From Candidatus Methylomirabilia bacterium (lineage in GTDB: Bacteria; Methylomirabilota; Methylomirabilia; Rokubacteriales; CSP1-6), in contig JBGPXN010000047.1 of the NCBI GenBank assembly GCA_041492755.1, forward strand, positions 1 through 29,500: 29,500 bases of DNA. The letters are read 5' to 3'. The notes under the pieces were generated by a model. It made no database searches. It was given only the letters and a program-made list of their open reading frames with translations, and was not told the origin of the DNA. The first letter of the stretch is position 1. Every line of letters starts with the position of its first letter. Position numbers and translations under genes: made by a program. This document shows positions 27,770 to 29,500 of the stretch, piece by piece.

Positions 27770-27786
27770 GGCGGCTCGGATGGTTC

Positions 27787-29262
27787 TCAGTGGGCCGGTC
27801 GCGGCTTGGCCTCGGTGGTCCGCATGGCCTCCGAGAAGGCCCCGGTCCCACCCGCGTACTCGCCGTAGGAGCCGCCACCGAACGCGTAGGCGGTCTCCGA
27901 ATGCTGGGACAGATCGAGCCCGGCCATCTCGTCCTCGTCCGTCACCCGAAGGCCGACGAGCGCGTCCACCACCTTGAGGATGACGACGGTGCCGACGGCG
28001 GCCAACACGTACGTCGCCGCGATCGCGGCGATCTGGATCCAGAGCTGGCCGGGATTGCCGTAGAACAGCCCGTCGCCGCCCGCGGCATTGACCGCCTTGG
28101 ACGCGAAGAGCCCGGTGGCGAGAGCGCCGAGCGTGCCGCCCACTCCGTGCACGCCCACGACGTCGAGCGAGTCGTCGTACCCGAGCTTCGCCTTGAGGTT
28201 ACAGGCGCTGTAGCACACGACGCCGGCGACCGCGCCGATGATCAGGGCGGACATCGGCCCGACGTAACCGGACGCGGGCGTGATGGCTACGAGGCCCGCC
28301 ACCGCGCCCGAGGCCGCGCCGAGGACCGTCGGCTTCCCCCGCGTCGCCCACTCGGTGAACATCCAGCCCAGCGCCGCCGTCGCCGCCGCCGTGTTGGTCG
28401 CGGTGAAGGCGCTCGCGGCCAGGCCGTTGGCCTCCAGCGCGCTGCCCGCGTTGAACCCGAACCAGCCCACCCACAGCAGCGCGGCGCCCATCACCGTCAT
28501 CGGCAGGTTGTGGGGCTGCATGGGCTGATGCCCGAATCCACGGCGCTTGCCGATCATCAGCGCGCACACGAGGGCCGAGACTCCCGAGGAGATGTGCACC
28601 ACCGTCCCGCCGGCGAAGTCGAGGGCACCGAGCTTCTTGAGCCAGCCGCCGTCGGCCCAGACCCAGTGGGCCAGCGGATCGTAGACGAACGTCGCCCACA
28701 GCAGCACGAACAGGATGAAGCTGGAGAACTTCTTCCGCTCGGCGAAGGTCCCGGTGATCAGCGCGGGCGTGATGATCGCGAACATCATCTGAAAGAGCAT
28801 GAACACTTGATGCGGGATCGTCTTCGAGTACGTGTCGAACGGCTCCACGCCGACGCCGCGCAGGCCGATCCACTCGAGGCCGCCGATGATCCCACCCTTG
28901 TCCGGCCCGAAGGCGAGGCTGTAACCCCACAGCACCCACTGCACGGAGATCAGCGCCGCGATGATGAAGCTGTGCATGAGCGTGGCGAGCGCGTTCTTCT
29001 GGCGGACCATCCCGGCGTAGAAGAGCGCGAGGCCGGGCGCGGTCATCATCAGCACGAGCACGGAAGACGTCAGCATCCAGGCGGTGTCGCCCTTGTCGAT
29101 TTTTGAGGCTGGCGGCGCCGGCGCCCCAGCCGGAGGCGCCGGCGCCGCCGCCGTGGGGGCACCGGGCGCGGGGGCTGCGGGCGCGGTCGTCTGCGCGAGC
29201 GCAACCGCCACCGTCGCCCCGAGAACCAGCATCACCAGGAGTACGAGGCTCAGTCGCTTCAC
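27787..29262 (-). CDS. amtB: Ammonium transporter
   Basis: GTG at 29262 with an AAAGGAG SD and a signal peptide. Motifs DTAWML, FQMMFAIITPAL, DFAGGTVVH, GWFGFNAGS and DDSLDVVGVHG. Confidence 0.96.
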   Translation of the reverse strand: MKRLSLVLLVMLVLGATVAVALAQTTAPAAPAPGAPTAAAPAPPAGAPAPPASKIDKGDTAWMLTSSVLVLMMTAPGLALFYAGMVRQKNALATLMHSFIIAALISVQWVLWGYSLAFGPDKGGIIGGLEWIGLRGVGVEPFDTYSKTIPHQVFMLFQMMFAIITPALITGTFAERKKFSSFILFVLLWATFVYDPLAHWVWADGGWLKKLGALDFAGGTVVHISSGVSALVCALMIGKRRGFGHQPMQPHNLPMTVMGAALLWVGWFGFNAGSALEANGLAASAFTATNTAAATAALGWMFTEWATRGKPTVLGAASGAVAGLVAITPASGYVGPMSALIIGAVAGVVCYSACNLKAKLGYDDSLDVVGVHGVGGTLGALATGLFASKAVNAAGGDGLFYGNPGQLWIQIAAIAATYVLAAVGTVVILKVVDALVGLRVTDEDEMAGLDLSQHSETAYAFGGGSYGEYAGGTGAFSEAMRTTEAKPRPAH

Positions 29263-29278
29263 GGCGGGCTCCTTTGGC

Positions 29279-29500
29279 GTGGGGGGCCCCCCGATTGGCC
29301 CCCCCCCCCCCCACCGTGGGGGGCACCCCGCCAAACCCGGGGGGGCGGGCTGAGACCGCCGGGGGGCCCGCGCGGGGCCCCCATAACCCCCCGGTGGGGG
29401 CCCCCCCCCCCCCCCGGCCGGGCGCCCCCGCCCAGGCCGGGGGGCCCCCCGGCGGGCACCGGGGGCGCCCCCCGGCCGCCCCGCGCCCCCCCCCTAGGAG
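29279..29500. repeat. Degenerate or low-quality copies of the hairpin repeat family at the window end
   Basis: GGGGGGCCCC..TGGCCCCCC, CCCCG..AAACCCGGGG and GGCCCCCATAACCCCCC resemble positions 1-62 and 19961-20035, embedded in long G/C homopolymers. Confidence 0.55.

Noticed and set aside
29263..29459. Gly/Pro-rich amtB N-terminal extension and ORF 29259..29459
   Set aside because: Both derive from G/C homopolymer repeat sequence of probably low quality. The SD supports the GTG at 29262.

Overview
High-GC bacterial chromosomal window. The gene and repeat style suggests Ca. Rokubacteria/Methylomirabilota, but this is inference and unverified. From the 5' end it contains: an LPS block (GT9 heptosyltransferase-like, GT4, msbA); a sigma54-preceded Zn-ribbon hypothetical gene; glutamine-dependent nadE; two small hypothetical genes; a ~240-bp nested palindrome; and a LOG-family gene. 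A large phosphate locus follows, made of pstSCAB-phoU and DUF47-pit-phoB-phoR. Between those two halves lies a ~4.5-kb decaying segment holding an internally deleted second phoB, intact arsM, a ppx/gppA remnant, modAB without modC, HerA-like and other gene scraps, followed by sthA. The window ends with a nitrogen block (amtB-glnA-ureE). A hairpin repeat family occurs at both ends and once internally. Two promoters share an identical architecture of four half-sites at 11-bp spacing, a 10-nt gap and GACACT, and three genes look leaderless. No rRNA, tRNA, CRISPR array or intact transposase was seen.
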